Shown: positions 52,471 through 62,199 of the stretch, one piece after another | How positions within the stretch are numbered: position 1 is the stretch's first letter | How the letters are laid out: each line of letters begins with the position of its first letter | Assembly: GCA_963816395.1 (NCBI GenBank) | Contig: CAWFKQ010000007.1 | Span: 352,001-416,000, forward strand | Direction of reading: 5' to 3' | DNA: 64,000 bases | From: an uncultured delta proteobacterium | GTDB lineage: Bacteria; Desulfobacterota; Desulfuromonadia; Desulfuromonadales; JACZKF01 | Translations under genes and position numbers: made by a program | The notes under the pieces: generated by a model | Databases searched by the model: none | What the model was told of the DNA's origin: nothing | The model's input: the letters and a program-made list of their open reading frames with translations, nothing else

Positions 52471-53536
52471 TTATCCTTGAATACATCCTGCCAACATCTG
52501 ACGGCTGAGACCCACCGCTGTGCCACACAACATCAGCTCCTCCAGAGTTGCATCTTCCACCGCAATTCCCCCGTTCCCGACGTTCCGCACTTTTATTTCG
52601 CTCCGGGTCGCCTGCCACCATGACATCGAGATCCACCGGTCTGGATTCTTTCATGTAACGAACGACAGCATCGATTTCCGCTTCCATCCACCGGTGGTCA
52701 ACAAATCGCTTGGGATCAACCAGAAACGTCAGCATGTTGTTTATGATGCCCCCCAGCCGGGGGGTTTCGGGCTGGATGGTGCCTCCCCCCGTGAGGACGC
52801 CGGCAAGCAGCTCGCAAAAAAACGCCAGGCCATACCCTTTATGTTCTCCCAGAGGAAGGAAGGCCCCGCGCGGTTCCTGGAAGATGACCCGAGGATCGGT
52901 TGTCGGCTCCCCCTGGGAATCCAGAAGCAGCCCGGGCGCAAGCTGCTCTCCCCGGTTCATGGCTACCCGCGCTTTGCCGAGGGCAATTTTGCTGGTAGCC
53001 ATGTCCAGGATGACGGCAGGAGTCTCAGCCGTCGCCGGTAGAGCCATACAAAGCGGGTTGGTAGACAGGCGGGCCTCCCGGCTGCCAAAAGGAGCCACGA
53101 GCGGAGCATGGTCAATGACATTGACGAAATGCAACGAGACCAGACCGGCGGCAGCCGCCTGCTCGCCATATGTGCCGACTCTTCCGATGTGGTGGGCGTT
53201 GCGGAGCGCCATGATCGTCAGGCCGGTGTCACGGCAGCGCTCAATAGCCGCGTTCATGGCCTCCGTGGCAACCCGCTGGCCATAACCCCGTTGACCGTCA
53301 AACACGAGTATCGAGCCGTTGTCACTGACCAGGCTGGCGGAGGTCCCCGGCTTCAGCAAGCCGGCCGTGAGATTTTTGATGTAGGCAGGCAGCATGCCGG
53401 CGCCATGGCTGTCATGTCCACTCAGGTTGGCCCGGACAAGATGGTCGGCAACCAGCTCGGATTCATATTCGTCGCTACCACTCTGCCGCAGGATAGATAA
53501 GAGCAGACGTTTCAGATTCTGTGCCGTAATGATCAT
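52471..53536 (-). CDS. Ldh_2-family hydroxycarboxylate dehydrogenase (YbiC/HcxB-like); extra base near 52570
   Basis: Motifs ANLSGHDSHG, HHIGRVG, STNPLC, LDMATS, HKGYGL. Restored frame ends at TAA 52471. Confidence 0.88.
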
Positions 53537-53556
53537 CGACTTTTCTCCTGGGCTCC

Positions 53557-54469
53557 CTATTCGCGATCTGCGGCGCCATTGGAGCCTTCATATAATTGTT
53601 TGCTCCTCGTTTCCCGGGCACATAGTTCGGCCCACGACCGATCTGCCGCAGCCTGAATCGCTTCGGTATGCGCAGGCATTATATGACTGAAACGCCCCTG
53701 AGTCGCGAGATAGCGCTCCACGGGGAGCCTTTGGGGGCGATAATTAATCTCGTAACGCAGTCCGTCGAAGATCTCGTACAGCGGGAAGATATTGCTCTCC
53801 ACACTCAGCCTGGCAACGAGTGGCGCCTCATCCGGGGCGATTTTCCAGCCGGTGTTGCAGGGGGTCAGCAGGTGAATGAAGCGGGTGCCGCGCATCTTTC
53901 TTGGCTTTTTCGACCTTGGCCATGAGGTCCTCGGGAAAAGCGATCGAGGCGGTGGCAGCGTAGGGGATCCGATGGGCGGCCATGATTTCCATGATCTGCT
54001 TTTTGTTCCTGGTATTACCGGTGGGGGTGGTGCCGGTCCAGCTGTATTTGGGCGTGGACGACGACACCTGAACGCCGGTATTCATGTAGGCTTCGTTGTC
54101 CAGGCAGACATAGATGAAGTCCTCATTCCGGTCCGCCGCTCCGGAGAGTGCCTGGAGCCCGATGTCGAAGGTGCCGCCGTCACCGGCAAAGGCCAGCACC
54201 GTGACGTCGTCCACACCCTGCCGTTTCAGGGCGGCGGATATCCCGGCCGCGGAGGGCGCCGCGGTCTCGAAGGCGGAATGGAAGCTCGGCACCCCCAGAG
54301 AGGTATTGGGAAAGGGGCCGGCGATAATCGCCGCGCATGAGGGTACCACCACGACCACCGCCTTAAAGCCCAGGGCCTTGAGTACTATCCGCATGCCCAT
54401 GGCGTAACCGCAGCCGGGACAGGCGGCGTGGCCGGGGCGAAGCACGTCTTTTGTCGTATCGTTATTCAC
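53557..54469 (-). CDS. 2-oxoacid:ferredoxin oxidoreductase beta (TPP-binding) subunit; frameshift near 53895
   Basis: Motifs GHAACPGCG, GDGGTFDIG, DNEAYMNTG, then FIHLLTPCNTGW in the second frame. Confidence 0.9.
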
Positions 54470-55638
54470 TGGGCGCTCCCTTCTGCCGCGGCGTCGTCAA
54501 CCCAGATCGGCTGGTCCACGAAAAATTCTCTGGTCAGCGCGTCCTGCGCCACCCACTCGATCAGCTGCGGGTTCACATCGGTGCCGCCGATGCCGGCCAG
54601 GTAGCCCTGGATCTTTGGATGCCCGGGAGAATTTACCAGGGCTGCCTTGATCTCGGAGCAGAAGATGCCCTCCCGACCGAGGGAGATATTGCGTTCGAGC
54701 ACGGCGACACGCGGGGCCTTGTCGAGAACCATCCGTAAGGCCTTGACCGGGAAGGGCCGGAAAAGTCGCAGCTTGCACAGGCCCACCTGCAGCCCCCGGG
54801 AGCGGAGGGTGGCCAGCGCCACCCGGGCCGTAGAGGTAATGGTGGCGGTGGTCACAAGGATCAGGTCGGCACCCTCGCATTCGACCGCTTCCACGATCCC
54901 GTAACTCCGGCCGAATGTTTGCCCGTAGTCGCTGTCCACCCGTTCCACCACTGCAAGAGCATGTTCCATCGCCTCCGAGGCGAGCCGCCGGAAGTCCCGG
55001 TACTGCTTGGCGCTGACCACTGCATTCGAGAATCCGGGATTGGCAAGGTCAAAACGGCGGGGGAGTCTGGGCGGCTGCAGCCATTCATCGACCTGCACCG
55101 GTTCCGGCACCTCGGTCGGCTCCATGAAATGGGAGATAAAGTTGGCTTCCAGCACTACCATGACCGGGAGCATGAGCTCCTCCGCGATTTTGAAGGCCTG
55201 GACGGTTGTATCCAGGGCTTCCTGGTTGTTCTCGCAGTAGAGCTGCAGCCAGCCGGTGTCACGCTGAGACAGGGAGTCGGTCTGGTCGCTCCAGAAGGCC
55301 CAGGGGGCCGCAAGTGATCGATTCACCACTGCCATGACCACCGCAGTGCGGGACCCGGCCGCAAAGTGAAGCATCTCGTGCATGAGCGCCAACCCCTGTG
55401 AGGAGGTGGCAGTGAACGTGCGCACCCCGGTCAGCGAGGCCGACAGGCAGGTGGCCATGGCCGAATGCTCGGATTCGACCTTTACCATGGTACCGCCCAG
55501 CTCGCCTCCCGCGTCCCAGTCCGAGAGCTGCTCATAGATCGGTGTCTGGGGCGTGATGGGGTAGGCTGCCACGACATCGGGCCGGCAGAGCCTGACCGCT
55601 TCGGCCACAGCGTGGTTTCCGCTGATGAATTTTCTCAT
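54466..55638 (-). CDS. 2-oxoacid:ferredoxin oxidoreductase alpha subunit
   Basis: Motifs SGNHAVAEAV, YPITPQT, ESEHSAM, TATSSQGLALMHE, LFRPFP. Confidence 0.92.
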   Translation of the reverse strand: MRKFISGNHAVAEAVRLCRPDVVAAYPITPQTPIYEQLSDWDAGGELGGTMVKVESEHSAMATCLSASLTGVRTFTATSSQGLALMHEMLHFAAGSRTAVVMAVVNRSLAAPWAFWSDQTDSLSQRDTGWLQLYCENNQEALDTTVQAFKIAEELMLPVMVVLEANFISHFMEPTEVPEPVQVDEWLQPPRLPRRFDLANPGFSNAVVSAKQYRDFRRLASEAMEHALAVVERVDSDYGQTFGRSYGIVEAVECEGADLILVTTATITSTARVALATLRSRGLQVGLCKLRLFRPFPVKALRMVLDKAPRVAVLERNISLGREGIFCSEIKAALVNSPGHPKIQGYLAGIGGTDVNPQLIEWVAQDALTREFFVDQPIWVDDAAAEGSAQ

Positions 55639-57315
55639 GGTTCGTCTCCCATCGTTACAACGCCCCGGACGCAGACTGCCGCACAGGCGCCGCATCCTTT
55701 GCAATGATCCGGGTCGCATTCATAGGCGGTCTTCCCGTTTGTTTGTCCCATGGATACTTCCGGGCAAAAGGTCGCGCAGAGATCGCAGCCGATACACGTT
55801 CCACAGTAAAAACATCGTCCGGCTTCCGCTGCCGCTTCATGCTCAGCCAATCCTCCGACCACCTCCTGAAACCCGCTCACTCGCAGCTCGGCAGGCAGGT
55901 TCGGAGGGTTCTGAGGCGAAGTTGCAACAGCGGTGAGATAGGAGTAATCATTGATTTCGGCGGTGACACCCGGGGCCCGACTTGGTCCGGGCCGGAACAG
56001 TTCATGGATGGAGAAGCTCTCTCCAGCACCAGCAAAAGCATCGGCGACAGAGTCGGTTCTTCCGGTCAGATCGAGGTGGATCGCCATGGCGGCCCGCTTG
56101 CCGGATGCCATGGCGTCAACCACCGTGGCACGCAGCTGTCCGGCGTCTCCGGCCACGTACAGTCCTCGTCCTGACGGTCCGTCCCTGCCGATCGGCGGCG
56201 AGGCGGCCACCTTCCACATCCACTCGGCTGTAAAGCAATGATGCTCCCAGGGACTGGCCGATTGCCGTAATCACCACATCACAGGGGAAATCGCCCTTGC
56301 TTTCGGATCCCGGTGCAGCCGTGCAACGAACCGCTCCGACCCTCCCATCCCCCCCCACAAACGCAACCGGGTGCGCTGGGGTCCGGTGCACGCCTTCCTC
56401 TTCGGCCTCCAGGACCTCATCATCTGAAGCAGGCAGGGCTTCCAGATCGGGACGGTAGAGAATAGATACCTTCGCCGCCCCCTTGCGCACGGCCACTCTG
56501 GCTGCATCTATGGCGGTGTTGCCTCCCCCGATGACAATCACGCGTCGTCCCTTGACCCGTGCCTGCAGGGCGTCATCCAGCAGAAAATCCAGTCCGGGCC
56601 AAACGCCTTCCAACTCCTCGCCCGGAATCCCCATGGGTGTGGGAGCCCAGGTCCCCGTGGCCAGCAATACCGCCCGGTGGGAACCGAGCAGCTGCTCCAA
56701 CCCGGCCTGATCCACGGGCTGATTAGTGACCGCCTCAATATCCAGCGTCAGAATACGCTCGAGGTCCCGATTTAAACTCTCTTCCGGCAGGCGGTAGCCC
56801 GGGATCCCCCACCGCAGCAGGCCGCCCAGGCGGTCACGAGCCTCAAGGAGGCTCACCGGGTGCCCCATGCGAGCCAGGTGGTAGGCAGCTGCCAAACCGG
56901 CCGGACCGGAGCCGATCACCGCCACCGGGAGTCCTCTGCCGGCAGCGGTCAACATCTCGGGACGAGCGGAGCCGAGATCGGAAACCGCACGCTCCAGGGC
57001 GCGAATCTGTACCGAGCCATCATGCTCGGTGCGGTTACACTCGCCCTGGCAGGCGTGATTGCAGACGCGACCGCACACGCCCGGCAATGGGCTCTCTTCC
57101 AGAAAAGCGGCCAGGGCGCCGTCATAATCCCCTTCCGCGGCCTTGCACATGGCGGCAGCAATGTTGTTTACCGTCGGGCAGGCAATTCTGCACGGCGAAT
57201 TCTTCTCTTCGAACACGGGGCGGCGGCGCGACCATGAACCGGTCTTGAACGCCTCGGTGGAGAGCCTCGATAGCGGGATGATCGCTTGGGGGTCCAGAAA
57301 TTTGTGGTAACGCAT
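55635..57315 (-). CDS. GltD/NfnB-like FAD/NAD(P) oxidoreductase fused to a C-terminal 2x[4Fe-4S] delta-like domain; frameshift near 56170
   Basis: Motifs PCRIACP, CGRVCNHACQGEC, GSGPAGL, GGGNTAID, AGDA. C-terminal CFYCGTCIGCDLCATFCP and CKGCGACAAVC. Confidence 0.85.
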
Positions 57316-57316
57316 G

Positions 57317-57865
57317 TTACGCAGCCTCCGTGATTTTGACCGCGTCGAACGCCTGCCGTGCGGCTTCCCGGTTGCCTTGGCTATTCGCAGGGATCGCCTC
57401 GATCAGGGCATCGAGCAGGCAATCCAGTTCGGGCTGCCCCGCCAGCCTGCAGTACGCCCCCAAAATCGTGGTATTGATGATCTTCCCCAAGCCTGCCCTC
57501 TGGCTGACCATTGCGGCGTCTATCAACCCGACTCGGAAGCCGTGTAAATCTCCCAACTTCTCCAGAGGGCGGACGGTGTTGATCAGCAGCGTGTCTCCTG
57601 CCTTGAGCAGATTGCGCGCCTCGCCGGCGTCGAACAGACTCTCGTCCAGATAGATCAAGGAATTGGGACGTCTGATCTCGCACTTGAGCAACACCTTCTC
57701 CCGGTCAACCCGCAGGAACCCGACCACCGGCGCACCCCGCCTCTCGCCGCCGTAGACCGAATAGCACTGGGGATACATGCCAGCCTTGAAGAACGAAAGG
57801 CCCAGCGTACTTGCCGCAACGACAACCCCCTGCCCGCCCCGGCCGCTTAGCTTGATTTCAAGCAT
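57317..57865 (-). CDS. 2-oxoacid:ferredoxin oxidoreductase gamma subunit
   Basis: Motifs GRGGQGVV, YGGERRGAPV, NTTILGA. Confidence 0.92.
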   Translation of the reverse strand: MLEIKLSGRGGQGVVVAASTLGLSFFKAGMYPQCYSVYGGERRGAPVVGFLRVDREKVLLKCEIRRPNSLIYLDESLFDAGEARNLLKAGDTLLINTVRPLEKLGDLHGFRVGLIDAAMVSQRAGLGKIINTTILGAYCRLAGQPELDCLLDALIEAIPANSQGNREAARQAFDAVKITEAA

Positions 57866-57904
57866 CTTTCCTCCTCTAGGGTTGCTCTTTACTAAATTGC
57901 CAAT

Positions 57905-57930
57905 CTGGGGTACTGTATCCTGTACCCCAG
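57905..57930. promoter_or_regulatory. Palindromic operator candidate between the divergent gamma-subunit and GntR genes
   Basis: CTGGGGTAC-TGTATCCT-GTACCCCAG (9-bp inverted repeat). Confidence 0.6.
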
Positions 57931-58006
57931 AATTATCATGCGATTAAAAGCCTTGTCAACAAAAGTTATAACTTTGTTTTATTTGTTGGGGGTCAGTGGT
58001 CGGGAG

Positions 58007-58702
58007 ATGAAAATGATAGAAAAAGATCTGGAGTCAGCCATAGCGCCGCCTCTCTCGATCCGGGAGCAAGTCTACAAGCGCATCAGCGAGCTGATCTTGA
58101 GCGGGCGTATCGCTCCGGCCGAACGCCTGATGGAAAACAAACTCTCCAAGCAGCTTGGAGTCTCCCGGACGCCTATCAGAGAAGCTCTTCACGTCCTGGA
58201 AATGGAGGGGTTTCTTGAGGCAATTCCCCGGGTCGGGTACCAGGTTAAAGAGATCGTCTGGGAGGAAGTGGTCGATATATGCGAGATCCGGAAGGTTAAC
58301 GAGACGCTGGCGGCCTGCTGGGCGATGGAGAAAATCACCCCGGAAGAACTGAATGCCCTGCAGAATAATCTGGACCAGGCCGAAGCCGATGTGAAGGGGG
58401 GACACCCGAAACGCTTTATCGAACGGGACGTGGCTTTTCACGATATTCTTGTCCGGGCAAGCGGCAGCCGGCGTCTGGTGGAAATCTGCCAGACCTTGCG
58501 CCGGCATATGCTTCTCTACCGCATCGAAAGTATTTACGAACCGGAGATGGTGTTGAGAGTCATCGAGGACCATCGCCGCATTCTGGACCGCCTCAGGGCG
58601 CACGACGCAGCGGGCATCACGCAGGCGATCGGCGATCACCTCGACCATGTGAAACGTGAGGTGCTCCATTATGCGTTCGAGAAAAAAGCCGCGGTTCGAT
58701 GA
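58007..58702 (+). CDS. GntR-family (FCD) transcriptional regulator
   Basis: wHTH LGVSRTPIREAL. FCD domain D.AFH and EDHRRIL. Confidence 0.92.
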   Translation: MKMIEKDLESAIAPPLSIREQVYKRISELILSGRIAPAERLMENKLSKQLGVSRTPIREALHVLEMEGFLEAIPRVGYQVKEIVWEEVVDICEIRKVNETLAACWAMEKITPEELNALQNNLDQAEADVKGGHPKRFIERDVAFHDILVRASGSRRLVEICQTLRRHMLLYRIESIYEPEMVLRVIEDHRRILDRLRAHDAAGITQAIGDHLDHVKREVLHYAFEKKAAVR

Positions 58703-58796
58703 CTTGCGTGCCTACTGAATTCAAGAGAGAGGGAGTTCGAGACGGGGAAAACGTTCGCGGCAGCAAATCGAGTATTTGGAGAGGAAAATACTCGGT

Positions 58797-59063
58797 CTAT
58801 TCGGCCAGGACTTCCTCAGCTGAAAAACGGAAAGGGCGCGCTACCGGATTGATGGTCCAGGGAAGAGCAGATAGGTGAGCTGCTCGACGTAGTCGCCGTA
58901 GCTCAACTTGGGCATAGATGGACTGTAATAACTGTCGGTACTCCGCTGTTTTTCCCTGGATTCCCTGCCACCAGCGGACCGTCTCGGTGAAGCCCTGGTT
59001 GTCTGCTCCCATCGTACCGATTGGCAATGAAAGCAGGAGCAGGAGACAAAGATAAACTTTCAT
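58797..59063 (-). CDS. Small hypothetical protein with signal-peptide-like N-terminus
   Basis: RBS GAGGGG, then MKVYLCLLLLLSLPIGTMG. Confidence 0.4.
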   Translation of the reverse strand: MKVYLCLLLLLSLPIGTMGADNQGFTETVRWWQGIQGKTAEYRQLLQSIYAQVELRRLRRAAHLSALPWTINPVARPFRFSAEEVLAE

Positions 59064-59234
59064 GCGGCATTTCCCCTCTCAAGCACTTTTCTGCTTCGGC
59101 ATGTCCTCGGACGAACCACTGGCGATCGAATTACCAATTCCTTCGAGCACATTATCGATTTCAGTCCTCAAAGACGTGAGGGGGAGGGGTCCGGGGCCGG
59201 TGAGGCGTTTCATGACACGACGGGAACGCCTGAG

Positions 59235-59358
59235 GTAGGGGCGATTCACGAATCGCCCTGGTTTCTTGATTTTATTCTGGCCACGCCCGGGCAATTCGTG
59301 AAGTTGCCCCTACATGGCCGGCTGGTCCGGTCCGGGGCAATTCGTGAATTGCCCCTAC
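59235..59358. repeat. Cluster of three GTAG-family REP palindromes
   Basis: GTAGGGGCGATTCACGAATCGCCC (from 59235), GGGCAATTCGTGAAGTTGCCCCTAC (to 59313), GGGGCAATTCGTGAATTGCCCCTAC (to 59358). Confidence 0.85.
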
Positions 59359-59361
59359 GGT

Positions 59362-59937
59362 TCAATTTGCCGGTGACTGCCGGGATGGGTGGTTTTCGTC
59401 TTCTTCCCATTTAGCTGGGTTGTCGACGATGTATTGCCGGATACCGTTCAGTTCCCGGTCGTCGCGGATGATCCGTTCGTAATAGTTGCGCTGCCAGACC
59501 GGCGCGCCCGGGTTGTCGCGGGATTGGTTGATGCGTTTCGCAGAATTCATCTTGAGATAACCAATGATCTTCGGCAGGGTCATGTTGCGGCGGTTCCGTA
59601 GGGGCAATTCATGAATTGCCCCTACACCCTGACCCAAACTGGGCGATGCGTGACTCGTCCCGAGGGTATCGTTGATCACAATGATCCCGTGGGTATGGTT
59701 CGGCATAACAACGAAAGCATCCATCTCTATGCCCGGGTACCTCTGCGGCAACGACCGCCAGACCGTATCGACAACCCACCCGGCCTCATTCAACCGCATC
59801 GTCCCGTCCACGACATCCCCAAACAGACATTCCCGCCCGGCCGTGCAGATGGTCACGAAACATGCACCGACGCTGCTGTAATCGTGATTGCGCAACCGGA
59901 TGGAGCGCCGGTGATGGATGTCCGGGCTGAATGTCAT
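59362..59937 (-). mobile_element. REP-associated tyrosine (Y1/HUH) transposase, RAYT/IS200-like
   Basis: Motifs HHRRSIRL..HDYS, FVTICT, VMPNHTHGII (HUH), WQRNYYERIIR, YIVDNP. REPs on both sides and one inside. Confidence 0.9.
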
Positions 59938-59948
59938 GATTCCCCTCC

Positions 59949-59977
59949 ATAGGGGTACGGCGCGCCATGCCCCCTAC
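59949..59977. repeat. Degenerate REP upstream of the RAYT
   Basis: ATAGGGGTACGGCGCGCCATGCCCCCTAC. Confidence 0.65.
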
Positions 59978-60027
59978 TATGTCGGCGTTTTGCCGCCAGC
60001 ACCGCATCCCAACAATGATTTTCAACG

Positions 60028-60060
60028 TTCTTCCTTCTGCATTCTTCCTTCTTCCTTGCC
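60028..60060. repeat. Heptamer (TTCTTCC) tandem repeat, left copy
   Basis: TTCTTCC TTCTGCA TTCTTCC TTCTTCC TTGCC. Confidence 0.8.
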
Positions 60061-60061
60061 T

Positions 60062-60361
60062 TCATGGCATTTTCAACAGCCGCTCGCTGCGCCACACCCG
60101 CACAATCGAAATTCGCTCGGTGCCGATGCGGTAGACGACCCGAAACGGCGGAAGCAGCAGCTCGCGCACCGCAGACAGCCCGAATTCGGGAACAATGCGG
60201 CCGCTTTCCGGGAACTCGGCCAATTGCTCCACCTGGGCGAAGATCTCCGCAACGAAACGCGCCCCGATTTCGGGCACGTCCTGCTCGACGTACCAGGCAC
60301 GGAGCGCTTCGAGATCGACCAGAGCCGATTCGGCAAACTCGACGGATTTCCTTTTGCCCAT
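60062..60361 (-). CDS. RelE/ParE-family type II toxin
   Basis: Motifs FAESALVDLEAL, FPESGRIVPE, RELLLPPFRVVYRI. Confidence 0.88.
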   Translation of the reverse strand: MGKRKSVEFAESALVDLEALRAWYVEQDVPEIGARFVAEIFAQVEQLAEFPESGRIVPEFGLSAVRELLLPPFRVVYRIGTERISIVRVWRSERLLKMP

Positions 60362-60365
60362 GACG

Positions 60366-60644
60366 TCAGTCCAGGCCGAGGCGCTTTTTGGCGTCGGCCA
60401 AGCTGAGCGTGCGCCCTTCTTCGACGTCCATCAACCCCTGCACCACCGCCCGGAGAAACTCCCTCTCCTCGGCCTCGGCCTCGTAGTCCTTGACCGACTG
60501 CACCACCGCCACCCCCCGCCCGCGGCTGGTGAGCAGAACAGGACGGTGGGTCTTGTCCACCTGGGAAATGACCTTCCCCGGATTGACCTTCAGGTCGGTG
60601 ACCGGCACGACGTCCTCGGAAAAGACCGGATTCGTTTTCATCAT
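60366..60644 (-). CDS. Phd/YefM-family antitoxin
   Basis: Motifs VVPVTDLKVNPG, PVLLTSRGRGVAVV. Directly upstream of the toxin. Confidence 0.9.
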   Translation of the reverse strand: MMKTNPVFSEDVVPVTDLKVNPGKVISQVDKTHRPVLLTSRGRGVAVVQSVKDYEAEAEEREFLRAVVQGLMDVEEGRTLSLADAKKRLGLD

Positions 60645-60662
60645 CCACCTCCTCAGGGGCTG

Positions 60663-60678
60663 TTATCTGACCAGATAA
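60663..60678. promoter_or_regulatory. Probable antitoxin operator
   Basis: TTATCTG-AC-CAGATAA palindrome just upstream of the antitoxin RBS. Confidence 0.6.
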
Positions 60679-60715
60679 TAGCACCAATCAAACGACCATT
60701 CCAGGGGGCCGTTTA

Positions 60716-60748
60716 TTCTTCCTTCTTCCTTCCGCCTTCTTCCTTGCC
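60716..60748. repeat. Heptamer (TTCTTCC) tandem repeat, right copy
   Basis: TTCTTCC TTCTTCC TTCCGCC TTCTTCC TTGCC. Confidence 0.8.
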
Positions 60749-60830
60749 CATCAAACGATATCTTCGAAGGTTGATGTTCTTCGACGACGCCTCTCCACTA
60801 TCCCCCTCCCTGGAAAACAAAGGCTGGTGT

Positions 60831-61469
60831 TTAGCCAACAACCACCTGCGGCATATATCCAGCGGCAATCGCGCGCACTATCGAGCGTGGAGTGAGAACG
60901 GTCACCTTCTGCCCCTTAAAGAGCGGCACCGGCACGTCGCCGCCTCCCACTTCAGGCCGCCAGACATGCAGAAATCCGCCCCATTTCAGACAGGCGGTTT
61001 CGGGCGCCTCGGGGGAGACAACGAAAACCCCGTCCGGCAGGTCGTCGATATTCGCCTCGAAGGTCACCTTCTCCCGGCCGCGGGTCACCCGTTCCCGGTG
61101 GAGGATACGGTCGATTTCAGCGATGGGTGCGTTTTCCGGAAGACCGAAATCAGAGTTCCCCTTGTGCCAGGCGGCGACGAACCGCTTGAAATCCTCCCGA
61201 CGGCATTCGGCGCAGGGCCGATGGCCTGCAGCCAGGGCGGTGGCCTCGTCACGGAAGAAAAGCTCGGTGTAATTGCCGGGGGTGAACACTTTCCGTTCCA
61301 GCTTCCCCGGCACCTCCAGAAGGCAGGTTACCCAGTGCTGGTGGGTCCAGCGCTTGGCGGTCAGGTTCCCGTCGGAGTCGTGGAGGATGCCGCGGTTTCC
61401 CATGAAGGTGCCGCGGGCGGGAGTAGCGATTAGATCGCCGAAGGGGGTGACGCGGTTTTGGCGGGGCAT
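60831..61469 (-). CDS. Conserved hypothetical protein with an Ada-zinc-finger-like Cys motif
   Basis: Motifs QNRVTPFG, MGNRGILH, ELFFRDEATALAAGHRPCAECRR, VLTPRSIV. Confidence 0.75.
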   Translation of the reverse strand: MPRQNRVTPFGDLIATPARGTFMGNRGILHDSDGNLTAKRWTHQHWVTCLLEVPGKLERKVFTPGNYTELFFRDEATALAAGHRPCAECRREDFKRFVAAWHKGNSDFGLPENAPIAEIDRILHRERVTRGREKVTFEANIDDLPDGVFVVSPEAPETACLKWGGFLHVWRPEVGGGDVPVPLFKGQKVTVLTPRSIVRAIAAGYMPQVVVG

Positions 61470-61743
61470 GTGGAGATCTTTCCCTTGCCCATTCCGTCAG
61501 AGGTGGCCCCGGTTATTAGGACAGGTCGGCGGCGGGAATAAGGTGGGAAGCCTTCATGGTTATGCCGCCAGTTGGAGAGCCGGGCCAGCGTAGCCGGGCC
61601 GGGGTTTTTGCCAATATGCCTCATCCGGGGTTCTGTTGGGGGTTTAATGGGGACGCCCCTTAGTTTATAAGTTTCTGACAGAGGACAAGATACTTATTAT
61701 CGGGATGGAAATTGTAACTTGGGGAAAGACTAATAATTGGAGA

Positions 61744-61968
61744 TCAATCCTCTTTAAGAGTGTCTTCAAGTGTCAAACCATGAGTTGCCTTGTAGCACTG
61801 TCGATATAGTTTAAGCCAGTATTCTTTGTTCTTTGAATCCCGATCTAGTGAACCGAAGTTATCAATATGTTTCATTAATTCTAGCGCTACTCGGCTCTTT
61901 GAATCGGAAACTACCTCAACAGGAGATGAAATTTTTTGATCAGCCATCTTTAGTTTTCCTTCCGTCAT
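61744..61968 (-). CDS. Small AT-rich hypothetical protein
   Basis: 74-aa ORF in a visibly low-GC segment. Start may be the internal MADQKI after GGAAGG. Confidence 0.45.
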   Translation of the reverse strand: MTEGKLKMADQKISSPVEVVSDSKSRVALELMKHIDNFGSLDRDSKNKEYWLKLYRQCYKATHGLTLEDTLKED

Positions 61969-62199
61969 AGATGTTCAGCAATATCAGTCGTTGGTGACCG
62001 CCGCGTGAAATCTTCCTAAATTCAATTTGACCTTCCCAGAATGCCCCCCGGTTTTAGTAACTTGGGAACCGTCCTCCCCTCCTCCTGCGGAATTGTCCAT
62101 TAATACCCTCTCGGCTCTAATGGGCCAACCTATCTCCAACAGTTGGCAAGAGGGAGAATGCTGAAGATTCCACGAACCGCTCCCCGCCAACCCCGTTCC

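Noticed and set aside
55635..57315. Glutamate synthase small subunit (gltD)
   Set aside because: No gltB nearby. It sits inside the oxoacid oxidoreductase operon and has an extra ferredoxin domain.
61560..62100. Integron cassette / attC sites around the AT-rich ORF
   Set aside because: Only isolated GTT-like motifs. I could not pair R and L boxes, and there is no integron integrase.
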